From a virus, in the IMG/VR virus record IMGVR_UViG_3300045282_000183, positions 5,181 to 69,180 of that record: a stretch of DNA of 64,000 nucleotides; one strand, written 5' to 3'. Shown piece by piece: positions 26,772-36,201 of the stretch. The notes beneath the pieces are model-generated. The model had not been told where the DNA came from. It ran no database searches and saw nothing but the letters and a program-made list of their open reading frames with translations. The translations under genes and the position numbers were made by a program. Each line of letters opens with the position of its first letter. Within the stretch, counting starts at the first letter, position 1.

Positions 26772-27364
26772 GTATCAGGCAGACGAGCACCAAGTACCGG
26801 GGGCGCAAGGCCGAGACGTACGACGCGATGCGCCAGAAGCAGGTGCGCTGGAAGATCGAGAACGAGACCGTGGAGCGCATGCTCCGCGAGATAAGGCCGC
26901 ACAGCGTGCTGGACTGCCCGATTGGCACGGGGCGGTTTCTGCGGCTGTATGCCGATCTGAGCGTGCGCGAGGTGATAGGCGTCGACAGTAGTGACGAGAT
27001 GCTGCGGCTGGCACGGCGCAAGGTGCCGCGCTCCATGAAGCAGCACGCCAAGGTGAGGCTGGAGGTCGGCGACGCGCGGAAGCACGACTGTGTCGATCAG
27101 CGCGTGCACTGTGTCGTGTGCGTGCGCTTTCTCGACCTGATCGAGGAGGAGGCTATGCACGCGGTCATGCAGGAGATGATGCGTGTCGCTGACAAGTTGA
27201 TCGTGCTGACCATTCGCTTCGGTCCGAAGTACGTGCCGAAGTCGAACACTGCGACGCACGACAGCAAGAAATTCTTGTCGCTTGTACGACACTCCAAGTG
27301 GATCGTCGTAGAACGGGTGCCCGTGCTCAACGCGGGCTGGGAGATCGTGAGGCTGGGAAGATGA
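26768..27364 (+). CDS. class I SAM-dependent methyltransferase
   Basis: VLDCPIGTGRF, GVDSSDEML, GDAR, EMMRV. Confidence 0.85.
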   Translation: MSIRQTSTKYRGRKAETYDAMRQKQVRWKIENETVERMLREIRPHSVLDCPIGTGRFLRLYADLSVREVIGVDSSDEMLRLARRKVPRSMKQHAKVRLEVGDARKHDCVDQRVHCVVCVRFLDLIEEEAMHAVMQEMMRVADKLIVLTIRFGPKYVPKSNTATHDSKKFLSLVRHSKWIVVERVPVLNAGWEIVRLGR

Positions 27365-27530
27365 AGAAGAAACAGGAGCCGAAGGATGGTGAGTACTGGG
27401 TCGTCCGACTCAGCGGGGGCGATAGAGAAGTTGTTCTCGTCACTGGCCATCGCATCTATCCCTGCGGCGATGAGGAGGGTTATCTTCTCGTGAACCTAAG
27501 ACAGGTCGAGTGGATACGGAGGATCAGGCT

Positions 27531-27761
27531 GTGAGCAAGAGACCAATGACACTGTGCGTGTCGTCGCCGTTCGAGATCACGATGACACAGCGCGCGCAGA
27601 ACGACACGTGGCGCGCATTCTTGCAGGGCGGCACGAACCACTCGGCGCAGGCCGGGACGCTGCCCTATATTATCCGGCGATGCGAGCAGGAAGGCGTGCC
27701 TTTCATGTTGAAGGCGCATCCGGGTCTCGGCTACTGGATCGAGCCGCAGGAGAAGAAGTGA
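27531..27761 (+). CDS. hypothetical protein
   Basis: GTGA-coupled ORF. Confidence 0.45.
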   Translation: MSKRPMTLCVSSPFEITMTQRAQNDTWRAFLQGGTNHSAQAGTLPYIIRRCEQEGVPFMLKAHPGLGYWIEPQEKK

Positions 27762-28831
27762 TGCAGACCTTTCTCCCTTATCCAGACTACGTTGCTTCGG
27801 CGCGCTGTCTCGACAGGCTGCGACTGAACAAGCAGCGCAGCGAGTGCTGGCAGATCGCCACGGCGCTCACCGTGTCGGGTGCGCCTTACACGCGGCATCC
27901 GGCCGTGCTCATGTGGGAGGGGCACGTAGGGTCGCTATGCATGTACATGGAGGCCGTGATCGACGAGTGGCGTCGACGTGGCTACCGGAACACGATCCAG
28001 ATACCGTGGATGCTGGACACGGGGCGGTCTCCGCCTCCATGGCTGGGAGACGCGATGTTTCACGCCTCGCACAGGAGTAACCTCCTGCGCAAGGACGCGA
28101 GACACTACGGCAGGTTCGGCTGGAAGGAACGGGCGGACCTGGAATACGTGTGGCCGAAGTCGACCGGACAGTCGACAATGAAGAAGGAGACAGACGGAAT
28201 GACGAGCAAGCTGATTGCACTGCCCAAGGATCTGCTGAAGACCGACCTAGCTGGTCTTCAGAACCTTCACTCTGACATGCTGGCGACGGCGTCGGACGTG
28301 GCGTTCGAGCCGCCGCCGGAGTTTCTGGTGGAGCTCGAGACGCCGGAGCAGGCCCGAGTGATCGTGGAGGGCCTCCACGCGGCTCTCCAGAAGCACCTTG
28401 CAGCGGACGACAAGAAGAAGGATACTAAGTCCTCGAAGAAGACTGAGACAACCGAGCAGAAGACCGCTCGGCTGAAGGCAGCACGCCTCGAGAAGGAGGC
28501 GACCGACAAGGCAACCCAGAAGCCCGCGGACAAGCCGACGGGCAAGCAGCAGAAGGAGAAGACCGTGGCCAAGAAAGCGAAGAAGGCAGTTGCCAAGAAG
28601 AAGGCGTCGAACAATGCTCGCGCCGGAGTCGACACGAGCAAGAAGATCACGTGGCTCGGCGCCGGCGGCGACGCCAAGGACCTCGGCGCCCGCGAGGGCA
28701 GCGAGCGCCACGAGCGCCGCAAGAAGTTGAAGGCCGCCAGCGGCAAGACCATCGAGTCCTACGTCAAGGGCGGTGGCAGCATCGCGACGCTGAACCGCGC
28801 CGTGTCCGAGAAGATCGTGAAGGTGGCGTGA
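27761..28831 (+). CDS. pyrimidine-dimer DNA glycosylase/DenV-like (MSMEG_6728 family) domain in frame with Lys-rich DNA-binding region
   Basis: MQTFLPY...RLNKQRSE...HPAVLMW...PPWLG...HASHRSNLLRKD; internal SD+start at 28199 and 28565. Confidence 0.8.
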   Translation: MQTFLPYPDYVASARCLDRLRLNKQRSECWQIATALTVSGAPYTRHPAVLMWEGHVGSLCMYMEAVIDEWRRRGYRNTIQIPWMLDTGRSPPPWLGDAMFHASHRSNLLRKDARHYGRFGWKERADLEYVWPKSTGQSTMKKETDGMTSKLIALPKDLLKTDLAGLQNLHSDMLATASDVAFEPPPEFLVELETPEQARVIVEGLHAALQKHLAADDKKKDTKSSKKTETTEQKTARLKAARLEKEATDKATQKPADKPTGKQQKEKTVAKKAKKAVAKKKASNNARAGVDTSKKITWLGAGGDAKDLGAREGSERHERRKKLKAASGKTIESYVKGGGSIATLNRAVSEKIVKVA

Positions 28832-28903
28832 TCCCCGAGCCGAGGGTTTGAGCCTCGGCGAATGGACCGTGTAGTTCCGAGCGGTTCGGGAAATCGGGAC
28901 AGG

Positions 28904-28941
28904 GAGGCGGGGCCGCGAGGCCTCGCCTCTTCTTGCATTTT
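28904..28941 (+). terminator. intrinsic terminator
   Basis: GAGGCGGGGCC-GCGA-GGCCTCGCCTC then T-rich tract. Confidence 0.6.
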
Positions 28942-28958
28942 CAACAGGAGCAGGAAAC

Positions 28959-29294
28959 ATGACCAAGCAGAGACCCGACATCGACATGAAGATCGTTGCC
29001 GAGATCGATCGGCTTCTCACGGGGGCCAGCACCGACACGAAGGCCGAGATAGCGGCGCGGGCGCTGCCCGGGCGCATCAGGGCGTTCAGCCCGCACTTCG
29101 CGGCGTTGTCGCCCACGACGCAGCAGCGACTCGCGGAGAGCACTGCCACCATGATGCAGGGACGCGGCGACGTGGTCTCCGCAACGGGCATCACCGCCGC
29201 GATCGCTATCAACTGGTGCGAGGCGCAGGGACGGGACTACACCGTGGCGCGGCGCGGTGAGAAGTACACGGTGATGGTGGAGGCGAGCCGATGA
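28959..29294 (+). CDS. hypothetical protein
   Basis: CAGGAG/AGGA SD. Confidence 0.6.
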   Translation: MTKQRPDIDMKIVAEIDRLLTGASTDTKAEIAARALPGRIRAFSPHFAALSPTTQQRLAESTATMMQGRGDVVSATGITAAIAINWCEAQGRDYTVARRGEKYTVMVEASR

Positions 29295-29457
29295 AAAGGA
29301 TCACAGAGTACGTGGTCGTGCGCGTGGTCGCACTCGTCATCGCGATCTTCACAATGACCACGATGGTCTTCGTGATCATCGCGGTACTACAGGGCGTCGC
29401 GCACTACAGGGCGTCGTGTCTCCAGATGACGGTCGACAACACAGGAAGGTGTCAGCG

Positions 29458-30975
29458 ATGACAACGAAACCGAAGGACGACGTCACGGTCATGCGCGTGA
29501 TCACGCCGCCACCGTCTCTCCGGGACGGAATTCCCGAGAGCGGTGGTCTTCTCATGAACGGCTCGTGGAGTGACGCGTGCCAGCACGACTACGACAATCT
29601 TCTGCACGGCTGCGCTATCAAGAGACCGGAGAGCGGCTGGGTCCCGGCCTGTCTGCGCGAACTTGGCTACACGTGGCAGCAGGCGTGTCAGCAGGCGTGT
29701 CAGGCACCGCAGACCAAGCGCATGCATCTCTGCAACGAGGTCGTGCGCATGTCGAGGCGCAAGAACGACAAGCTCCTGTCCGAGATCGAGCAGGAGGCGC
29801 TCGGCAGCGCGGTCTACCGGAAGGGCGCAACGGGCGGTGGACACGACGCGCGCGGCACGATGGCGCAGATGATGCTGACGATGAAGGACCACGACACGTT
29901 CCTGCTACCGGGCACGAAGGTCGAGGTTGCCGCCGACGCGTGCAAGAAGGTTCTGCTGGAGATGTACAAACTGACGCCAGAGAGCTACGCGGCGCTACCC
30001 TGGAAGAAACAGAACCGGATCTACGACGAGATGATGCGAACCATCAAGCGCTGTCTTCGCAAGAAGGGTGTGATCGAGAAGAAGGGAACACTATGCGTCG
30101 AGGACGACGAGGCGCAGGCTGAGCGCACGCGGCTCCACGCCGAGCTGCGTGCTTGGGCGATCGGTGATCTGCGCCTCGAGCATCCGCAGGGCAGCAGCTA
30201 TCATCATCTCGTGGACTACGACGCGACGCACGGGCCTGCGCCAGACGGGAGCAACGACACGATGCGGGAGCTGACCGCGCTGTACGGCGAGCCCGAGAAG
30301 TTCGTCGTAGAGCGGGACTGGGCGCGAGCCTTCTCCGGCTACGACCTGAGCGAGGGCGAGTGCCCGATGCCGTTCGAGCACTGCGTCTTCGAGTTCCGCA
30401 TCAGTGGTGTGAGGGTATTGGCCTTCACCCGAGAAGAGTCGGGCGTAGGCCAATTGATGTACTGCGTCTACGGTCGCGGAGGTGTGTGGGTCGTCGACGA
30501 CTACTGCTACGTCGTGGACGGCCCGAGCATGCGACGAGAGACGCACCACCCGAAGTACAACATCGACCGCTGCGAGTTCCCACGCGTGAACCGTCTGGTG
30601 TGGGACAACATCCGCGTGGCAGTCATCATGGTCGACGCCGACATCGCGGAGAGCACGCGGCGAGAGCCCGGCGACGGCCTGAACAAGAAGCGCCAGCGGG
30701 AGGGACGCCCCCCGCTGCGCAATCACTACGTCATCGACCTGAAGCGAAGGCACAGACCATCGAGCAACGTGTCAGGACACGTCGCACGCGCCGGAGTCGG
30801 GGGCTACCGCCAGCGCGGGCACTTTCGGCGCGGGAACTGGTTTCACTACGACAACCCGGAGAGCGGGAAGGTGGTGTACGTCGACGACGGCGGGTTCTTC
30901 AAGTCCCGCACGTGGCGGTCGTGGTATTTCGCCGGTGATCCCGAGAACGTGATCGAGAAGGAGTACAGGCTATGA
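29458..30975 (+). CDS. large hypothetical phage protein with C-terminal HFRRG motif
   Basis: 505 aa ORF; RGHFRRGNW...W...GDP tail seen in phage early proteins. Confidence 0.7.
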   Translation: MTTKPKDDVTVMRVITPPPSLRDGIPESGGLLMNGSWSDACQHDYDNLLHGCAIKRPESGWVPACLRELGYTWQQACQQACQAPQTKRMHLCNEVVRMSRRKNDKLLSEIEQEALGSAVYRKGATGGGHDARGTMAQMMLTMKDHDTFLLPGTKVEVAADACKKVLLEMYKLTPESYAALPWKKQNRIYDEMMRTIKRCLRKKGVIEKKGTLCVEDDEAQAERTRLHAELRAWAIGDLRLEHPQGSSYHHLVDYDATHGPAPDGSNDTMRELTALYGEPEKFVVERDWARAFSGYDLSEGECPMPFEHCVFEFRISGVRVLAFTREESGVGQLMYCVYGRGGVWVVDDYCYVVDGPSMRRETHHPKYNIDRCEFPRVNRLVWDNIRVAVIMVDADIAESTRREPGDGLNKKRQREGRPPLRNHYVIDLKRRHRPSSNVSGHVARAGVGGYRQRGHFRRGNWFHYDNPESGKVVYVDDGGFFKSRTWRSWYFAGDPENVIEKEYRL

Positions 30976-31403
30976 GAGCGGTCGAGGCACTGGGAATGTT
31001 CATGCAGATCCTGCGAGGCAGGTCCAGCTCCATGAAGGACGCGTACGAGCTGCACGTGTCGAAGAAAGATTACGCGGCGGCGCGGGCCGCGTACGACGCA
31101 GAGCTGACCTACCCGACGCTGCCGTGGCGGCCCATCGCCGAGCTCGCGGATCGGTACGAGAACGGGCTCCTGCTGCTCGCGCCGGAGCTCGTAGACCTGG
31201 ACTGCAACCCGAGCGGGGTGGGGATGGGATACTGGCAGGACGACGGGTTGACGTGGAGCATGACGCAGGAGGAGTGCGACAGGCTTGATGACAGCGAGGA
31301 CTGGGGCAGCTGGATGGCGTGCAAGTGGTCGATGACGAACGACGAGTGGTCACACGTCGTGTGCACGCCGACGCACTATCTCAAGCTGAGGGGAGCGACG
31401 TGA
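30972..31403 (+). CDS. hypothetical protein
   Basis: WRPI...PTHY pattern. Confidence 0.6.
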   Translation: MRAVEALGMFMQILRGRSSSMKDAYELHVSKKDYAAARAAYDAELTYPTLPWRPIAELADRYENGLLLLAPELVDLDCNPSGVGMGYWQDDGLTWSMTQEECDRLDDSEDWGSWMACKWSMTNDEWSHVVCTPTHYLKLRGAT

Positions 31404-31879
31404 TGTTCAGGAAGATCGACGACTGGATACTGACACGGGCGCAGGCCGCGTATCTCTGGCTGCTGGACGAGACCGGTGTGTATGTCGCCACGTGCTCGGT
31501 GGTCGTGTACATGCTCGGAAAGGCCGCGTGGTACACGACGCGGACTACACCGATCTGGTGGGTGGACACGGTGTTTCTCGTGGTTATGATGGTGCTGTTC
31601 TCAGCGAGCTGGGCCACGCAGCACGCCGGAAGGGAGGAGACGTACAATGCGCAGGCGCGCGAGTGGCGAGACGGTGCGGCGCGACGCGTGTTCATGATAG
31701 TATGGATCGCGTTCGTTGTCGGTGACGTCGCGGGAGCCACGTCTACGGCGCGTCTTGCGTGTGATCTGGTGAACGACATCACGTCGTGGATCGCGCTGCT
31801 CGTAATACCGACGGTGCAGATCAGGAAGCGCGAGCCGCCGGAGAAGACAGTGCTCGCACCGGCCAGAGGAGGAGTGTGA
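31403..31879 (+). CDS. multi-pass membrane protein
   Basis: About four hydrophobic segments. Confidence 0.6.
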   Translation: MFRKIDDWILTRAQAAYLWLLDETGVYVATCSVVVYMLGKAAWYTTRTTPIWWVDTVFLVVMMVLFSASWATQHAGREETYNAQAREWRDGAARRVFMIVWIAFVVGDVAGATSTARLACDLVNDITSWIALLVIPTVQIRKREPPEKTVLAPARGGV

Positions 31880-32088
31880 ATGGGATGCTTCGCCTACTGC
31901 CAGACGCCGGGCTGCGAGCTCGGGCTAGACGCGCCGACTGCACGAGAAGACATGAACGGCGAGTGGCTGTGTCCGCGTGGTCACGCGCAGCCGCGCAGCC
32001 GCGCAACCAGCACATGTCGGTCAATGAGTGGGTCATCGACATCGACGATCGACTGCGAGAACTGGAGAAGAAGCGTGGCACAGAGTAA
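31880..32088 (+). pseudogene. small Zn-binding gene frameshifted by an 8-bp duplication
   Basis: GCGCAGCC x2 at 31985-32000; removing one copy restores a 66-aa ORF ending at 32088. Confidence 0.5.
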
Positions 32089-32239
32089 GGAAAGACGCGC
32101 GCTGCTGGAGCGCGTTCGGGACGACATACACCACGGCGACGTCAGCAAGCGAAACGTGCTGCGCCTGATTGACGTGGTGTTCGAGATGGAGCAGGAGATC
32201 GAAAGGCTGGAGCGGCGCGTGTATGCCGACGCGAGATAA
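32075..32239 (+). CDS. small coiled-coil protein
   Basis: GGAG SD + GTG; last gene before terminator. Confidence 0.5.
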   Translation: MAQSKERRALLERVRDDIHHGDVSKRNVLRLIDVVFEMEQEIERLERRVYADAR

Positions 32240-32283
32240 AAGAGGGACCGAAACCCCGGGCGGGTTTCGGTCCCTTTTTCTTT
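32238..32283. terminator. bidirectional intrinsic terminator
   Basis: 14-bp stem AGGGACCGAAACCC/GGGTTTCGGTCCCT flanked by A- and T-tracts between convergent operons. Confidence 0.9.
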
Positions 32284-32321
32284 GCCCTGTCGGCGGTATC
32301 TGGGTAGGGGTGAGACGGGGC

Positions 32322-32867
32322 CTAGGGGCCGCGCGCGGGACGCCGGGCAGGCTTGGGCCACACCGGCCCGGCCGACGCATGAGCGGGCTCCTCTGCGCGG
32401 CTCAGGGGTACGCTGGCAGCTACGGCAGGGGCCGCCAGCAGGCACCGCGCCACGTCGGGCCAGTCCCATCGGGCGGGGCCGCCTTGGTGCACCGTGGCGT
32501 GAGCCCGCACCACGGGGCTCCTCAGGCCGTTGGCACGGGCCTCCCGGGCGAGGTTGCCGGGCAGCATGTGCAGCTCGTCGGCTGGAGGCCCGCGTCTTGG
32601 GCCTCCTTGGTTTCTGCGGCGCACGCCGATCCAGACACAGCAGCCGAGGCGCACGCTGCGCTCGATCCAGCTCTGCTGGAACTGGTCGAGTTCGACCGCC
32701 CAGCCGTTCGTGCGCTTGAATTCCACCCATCCGGACAGTCCGCCGTCGTGCTGCCAGTGGCTGTCTGGGATGCCCTGTCCCGTTCCTCCGGTCTCGATGC
32801 TCGTCCAGAAGAACTCGGGGAGGTGAGTGCGGAAGATGGCGCGGAGGCCGTCGTCGGGGCGGCTCAC
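32322..32867 (-). CDS. PD-(D/E)xK nuclease (VRR-NUC/Holliday junction resolvase-like)
   Basis: IET...GIPDS...WVEFK...QQSW. Confidence 0.8.
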   Translation of the reverse strand: MSRPDDGLRAIFRTHLPEFFWTSIETGGTGQGIPDSHWQHDGGLSGWVEFKRTNGWAVELDQFQQSWIERSVRLGCCVWIGVRRRNQGGPRRGPPADELHMLPGNLAREARANGLRSPVVRAHATVHQGGPARWDWPDVARCLLAAPAVAASVPLSRAEEPAHASAGPVWPKPARRPARGP

Positions 32868-33388
32868 GAGCGCGTCTCCGTGCTCGTGATCGGTAGCATC
32901 TCCATCATGATCCTCTCGGGCAGTCCCCAGCAGTGCTCTCCGGCCAGACGCAGCGTGATCTCCGTCTTCCAGGACTTGGTCGCGCGTCGCGACTTGTCGG
33001 GCAGCGGCCTGATCTCGCGAGCATACGCCTCCAGGGCGGCGCGCAGCTCGACGCGTCGCTCGTGGCTCATCGTGAAGAAGTCGCGCACGAACTCGCGGCG
33101 CAGGCTCCGGATAGAGGGAGCCGGGCGAGGGAAGCGCACGAGATCCTCAGGCTCGACGCCGCGAGGCACGCGTCCCGGGGGCATCTTGCGATCTCGCTGC
33201 TTGATCACGGTGCACATGACCGTTCCGTCGCTGGCGCGCAGAACCGTCAAGTTCCTGTGTATGCGCGCGAGGAAGCGCACGGTCTCGACCGTGATATTCG
33301 CCACCTCGGCTATGTCTCGCTCGTCGCGGCCGAGCTCCAGCATTCTCGTGACCAGAGGCACGCGACTATCGACGGGAGGCTCAATCAT
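32864..33388 (-). CDS. hypothetical protein with N-terminal HTH-like segment
   Basis: GRDERDIAEVANITVETVR. Confidence 0.5.
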   Translation of the reverse strand: MIEPPVDSRVPLVTRMLELGRDERDIAEVANITVETVRFLARIHRNLTVLRASDGTVMCTVIKQRDRKMPPGRVPRGVEPEDLVRFPRPAPSIRSLRREFVRDFFTMSHERRVELRAALEAYAREIRPLPDKSRRATKSWKTEITLRLAGEHCWGLPERIMMEMLPITSTETRS

Positions 33389-33630
33389 CTGGCGGCCTCC
33401 GTCGTGCGGAAGCGATGGTTGCGGGCGCACACGCGCTCCCGCTGAACAGCGCCGTCCACTCTGGCGGTGCGGAGTACTCGGGTGGGACGATCACAGGTCG
33501 GGCACTGCACCGACGCCGTGCCGCGTCCCGGGGTGATGCGCAGCGCGCGGGTCTTGCGCGGCCTACCTACCAGACCACCCGGAGAGGTGGTCCGGCGGAC
33601 CTTTCGGGGCTTCTTCATCTTCCTGCTCAC
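33385..33630 (-). CDS. second NrdR-like zinc-ribbon protein
   Basis: CPTC...TRVLRT...RERVCARNHRFRTTE. Confidence 0.7.
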   Translation of the reverse strand: MSRKMKKPRKVRRTTSPGGLVGRPRKTRALRITPGRGTASVQCPTCDRPTRVLRTARVDGAVQRERVCARNHRFRTTEAAR

Positions 33631-33905
33631 TGCACCCTCTCGATCGTGACGCGCCAGCGCCCGGGCTGGAGGGACATGCTCTGTATCACGGAGCCGCTGA
33701 TCACGTACTGGAGCGAGGCGTGCGCGGGCACGTCCTTGATCAGCACGAGCGGCTGCGCAGCGACCTGAACGGTCGTCACGATCGGGGCCTCGGGGCCGTA
33801 CCACGGAGCGTAGTGACACCTGACCGGGGCCTCGTCTGCCCTGGAGCATCTGTCGGTGACCAGCGTCGCGCCCAGAACAACTCCCATGATTATCAATATT
33901 CTCAT
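33627..33905 (-). CDS. small exported protein
   Basis: MRILIIMGVVLGATLV...SRA signal-like N-terminus. Confidence 0.5.
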   Translation of the reverse strand: MRILIIMGVVLGATLVTDRCSRADEAPVRCHYAPWYGPEAPIVTTVQVAAQPLVLIKDVPAHASLQYVISGSVIQSMSLQPGRWRVTIERVQ

Positions 33906-34089
33906 CTACCTCTCCTTCTGCACTGCTTGCACAGATGTTATCGACAGCCGACGCGGATCCAGCCGAAGAAAGTTCTGAGAACGCGCTCCGCGTTCTCAGA
34001 AACCGGGCTCAGGTCTATCACGTTCTCGTCGCAGCCCTCGGCATCGCAGACTGCGTAGTTTCGGCCGTGGCCATTGATGTGAATGGACA

Positions 34090-34320
34090 TCAGTATCCTC
34101 TGCTGCGGCGTGCTTCCTGCGCGTCGGCGACACGCTCCAGGGCCAGCAGGAAGCGCTGAGCGATGAGGAGCAGCGGGTCAGCGACGCCGAGAACCATGCT
34201 CGCGACCTCCTCGGTCTCCTCCTTGCTCCTCTTGTTCTGCGCGCCGAGCACCACGACGCACGCCAAGATCTTTGTGCGAATGTCCTGGAAGTCTCGGTCG
34301 AAGTCCTTGTCCGTAGCCAT
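34090..34320 (-). CDS. hypothetical protein
   Basis: GAGGAG SD. Confidence 0.55.
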   Translation of the reverse strand: MATDKDFDRDFQDIRTKILACVVVLGAQNKRSKEETEEVASMVLGVADPLLLIAQRFLLALERVADAQEARRSRGY

Positions 34321-34321
34321 G

Positions 34322-34717
34322 TTATGTCTCCTCTCCGCGCAGACCAGCGGCGGCACACCATCGAAGAAAGAACTCTTCGATGGCGCTGAGCGCGGCCTGC
34401 TCGGTCGTCGCGTGGCCGCGTGGGTAGCCCCGAAGCTGCTCGCTCACGAGCGAGAGCTCCCAGAACCAGAGACCACTGTCGGAGATCGGCGCGTGATAGT
34501 AGCCGATCTTCGCGCGCAGCGAGTAGACGGTGTGGAACCGGCCCTCCTTCTTGGTGTTCAGGCCCGTGGTCTCGACACGCTTTGTGATCTGCGAGGGCTC
34601 GTCGTTGATGCGACCCTTGACCAGAGTAGAGCGTTTCTTCTTGATAGAACCAAGAACTCTTTTCGTAACAGGCGCTCGTTTCTCGAGATGCCTGAAGTTG
34701 CTCTCGTCCACCATCAC
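34322..34717 (-). CDS. hypothetical protein
   Basis: Coupled ORF in leftward operon. Confidence 0.55.
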   Translation of the reverse strand: MMVDESNFRHLEKRAPVTKRVLGSIKKKRSTLVKGRINDEPSQITKRVETTGLNTKKEGRFHTVYSLRAKIGYYHAPISDSGLWFWELSLVSEQLRGYPRGHATTEQAALSAIEEFFLRWCAAAGLRGEET

Positions 34718-34908
34718 GTGATCTCCCAGTCCGCGTTAAGTTTTTTCCAAGCCTTATCAAGCCCGAACATCTTGCCGCACTTGTCGCAGCGCGTAACGCC
34801 CAGAGTGCAGCCGAACGAGAACGTGCTCGCGTGGTCACAGGCCGCCTGTCTCGCGAGCACGCTCGCTCTACGTTGTCGTTCTATCCACCATGTCCAGGGC
34901 CAGCGCAT
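34714..34908 (-). CDS. small Cys-containing protein
   Basis: CDH...RCDKCGK. Confidence 0.45.
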   Translation of the reverse strand: MRWPWTWWIERQRRASVLARQAACDHASTFSFGCTLGVTRCDKCGKMFGLDKAWKKLNADWEIT

Positions 34909-35174
34909 CAGTATCTCCTCAGCACGTGGTTGATCCGGCCCCTGCGCGCCATCTTGCTCAGGTGGGCGCGATAGCGACGCATGAGACGGCGGGATTTCTT
35001 GTAAAGAGCGTTCGTAATCACATAGAAGCGGCGCATGTCACGCTCGTTGTATCTGAGAACGAACGAGCCCGAGATAACGTCCTGGGAGACGCCGACCACG
35101 GATGCGAGCTCAGATTGAACTATTCTCGTGAGTTCCTGCGCATCTATCTCGCGTCTCAATTTGGAGGAGCTCAC
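34908..35174 (-). CDS. basic hypothetical protein
   Basis: Coupled ORF. Confidence 0.5.
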   Translation of the reverse strand: MSSSKLRREIDAQELTRIVQSELASVVGVSQDVISGSFVLRYNERDMRRFYVITNALYKKSRRLMRRYRAHLSKMARRGRINHVLRRY

Positions 35175-35659
35175 GATGTGACCTCCTCCAGCCGTATCCA
35201 GCCGCGACGCAGCGCCCCCCGCACGTCGCGCTGACGGGCTCCTCGGGATCTACACTGCTCGATGGTGAAGTGCTTCTTGAACGAGCGCTCGAAGCGGCGG
35301 TAGGCGTCGGTGTTCGGCTTCCTCGGATTAGCCACGACGTGGCTGATCCGCGGCTGCCGACGCACCTGAGGCCGCCCGTTAGATCTCCACTGAAGGAGCA
35401 CGCTCTGGCATTGCATGATTGGTCTGCCAAGTATGCGCTCGATAAGCAGGCGCGAGCCTCTCGTGTTGATCCTGAGAAGGCTCAGGATCAGGTCGGCCTG
35501 ACCAAGACCGTGATCGTGGAGCGCGTACGGCATGGACCTGCCCAAGGGCAGGTCCAGGTCGCGGCGGACGAGGTACGACACGACCGGGTCTCGGTCTACG
35601 TAGGCGATGGCCGGGAGGTAGCGAGCTAGGATCATGAGCGCGACTCCCTCGCCATCCAC
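35171..35659 (-). CDS. hypothetical protein, C-terminus resembles the NPKKPGT domain
   Basis: NPRKPNTDAYRRF...TIEQCRSRGARQRDVRGALRRGWIRL. Confidence 0.6.
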   Translation of the reverse strand: MDGEGVALMILARYLPAIAYVDRDPVVSYLVRRDLDLPLGRSMPYALHDHGLGQADLILSLLRINTRGSRLLIERILGRPIMQCQSVLLQWRSNGRPQVRRQPRISHVVANPRKPNTDAYRRFERSFKKHFTIEQCRSRGARQRDVRGALRRGWIRLEEVTS

Positions 35660-36027
35660 GAAACGACGTACGGGCGAATGCGGTCAAAGTCCTCGGGGTA
35701 CTCGAACAAAGATGAATTCGTCACGAGATCCTCGGTGACGAGCAGATGCGTCGTGGCACGCAGCTTCTCGGGAGTATTGTAGTAGCCGTTGGCCTTCGCC
35801 GCGTCGAGCTCGGTGTAGACCTCGCGACGGAGGAGCTCGTCGTGGCGAACACGGCACACCTTGTTCCAGTGTCCGCTGTACACGAGCATCTCGATCTCCT
35901 GTTGCTCCTGAAACGTCAAGTCGTCACGCTCCACGCAGTCAGAGGCGCGGAGCACGAGGCCGTAGTCGAGGCCGAGGCGCTGCGCGAGGGCGAGGTATGG
36001 GTAGGAGGTGCTGTCTGGGGCAATCAC
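35632..36027 (-). CDS. hypothetical protein
   Basis: AAGGAG SD + GTG. Confidence 0.55.
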   Translation of the reverse strand: MIAPDSTSYPYLALAQRLGLDYGLVLRASDCVERDDLTFQEQQEIEMLVYSGHWNKVCRVRHDELLRREVYTELDAAKANGYYNTPEKLRATTHLLVTEDLVTNSSLFEYPEDFDRIRPYVVSWMARESRS

Positions 36028-36182
36028 TGCTTGGTCTCCTTCTTCTTGCTCTCCTCGTTCTGCTTTTCGAGCATCTTCGTTATCGGATGGTTGCGTATCG
36101 CGTCGTGCCACTCCTCCAGTGTCTGGCGCTGAACCAAACCGTTCTTGATCTTGGACATCTTTGGTCTCCTGTGCTAAGGCGG

Positions 36183-36201
36183 CTGATTTGCTACCCGTAG
36201 C
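36183..36201 (-). promoter_or_regulatory. second copy of GCTACGGGTAGCAAATCAG element
   Basis: Exact 19-bp inverted copy of 21983-22001, upstream of the leftward early operon. Confidence 0.7.

Noticed and set aside
29386-29703. Short direct repeats (ACTACAGGGCGTCG x2; CAGCAGGCGTGT x2)
   Set aside because: Isolated short duplications with no evident function
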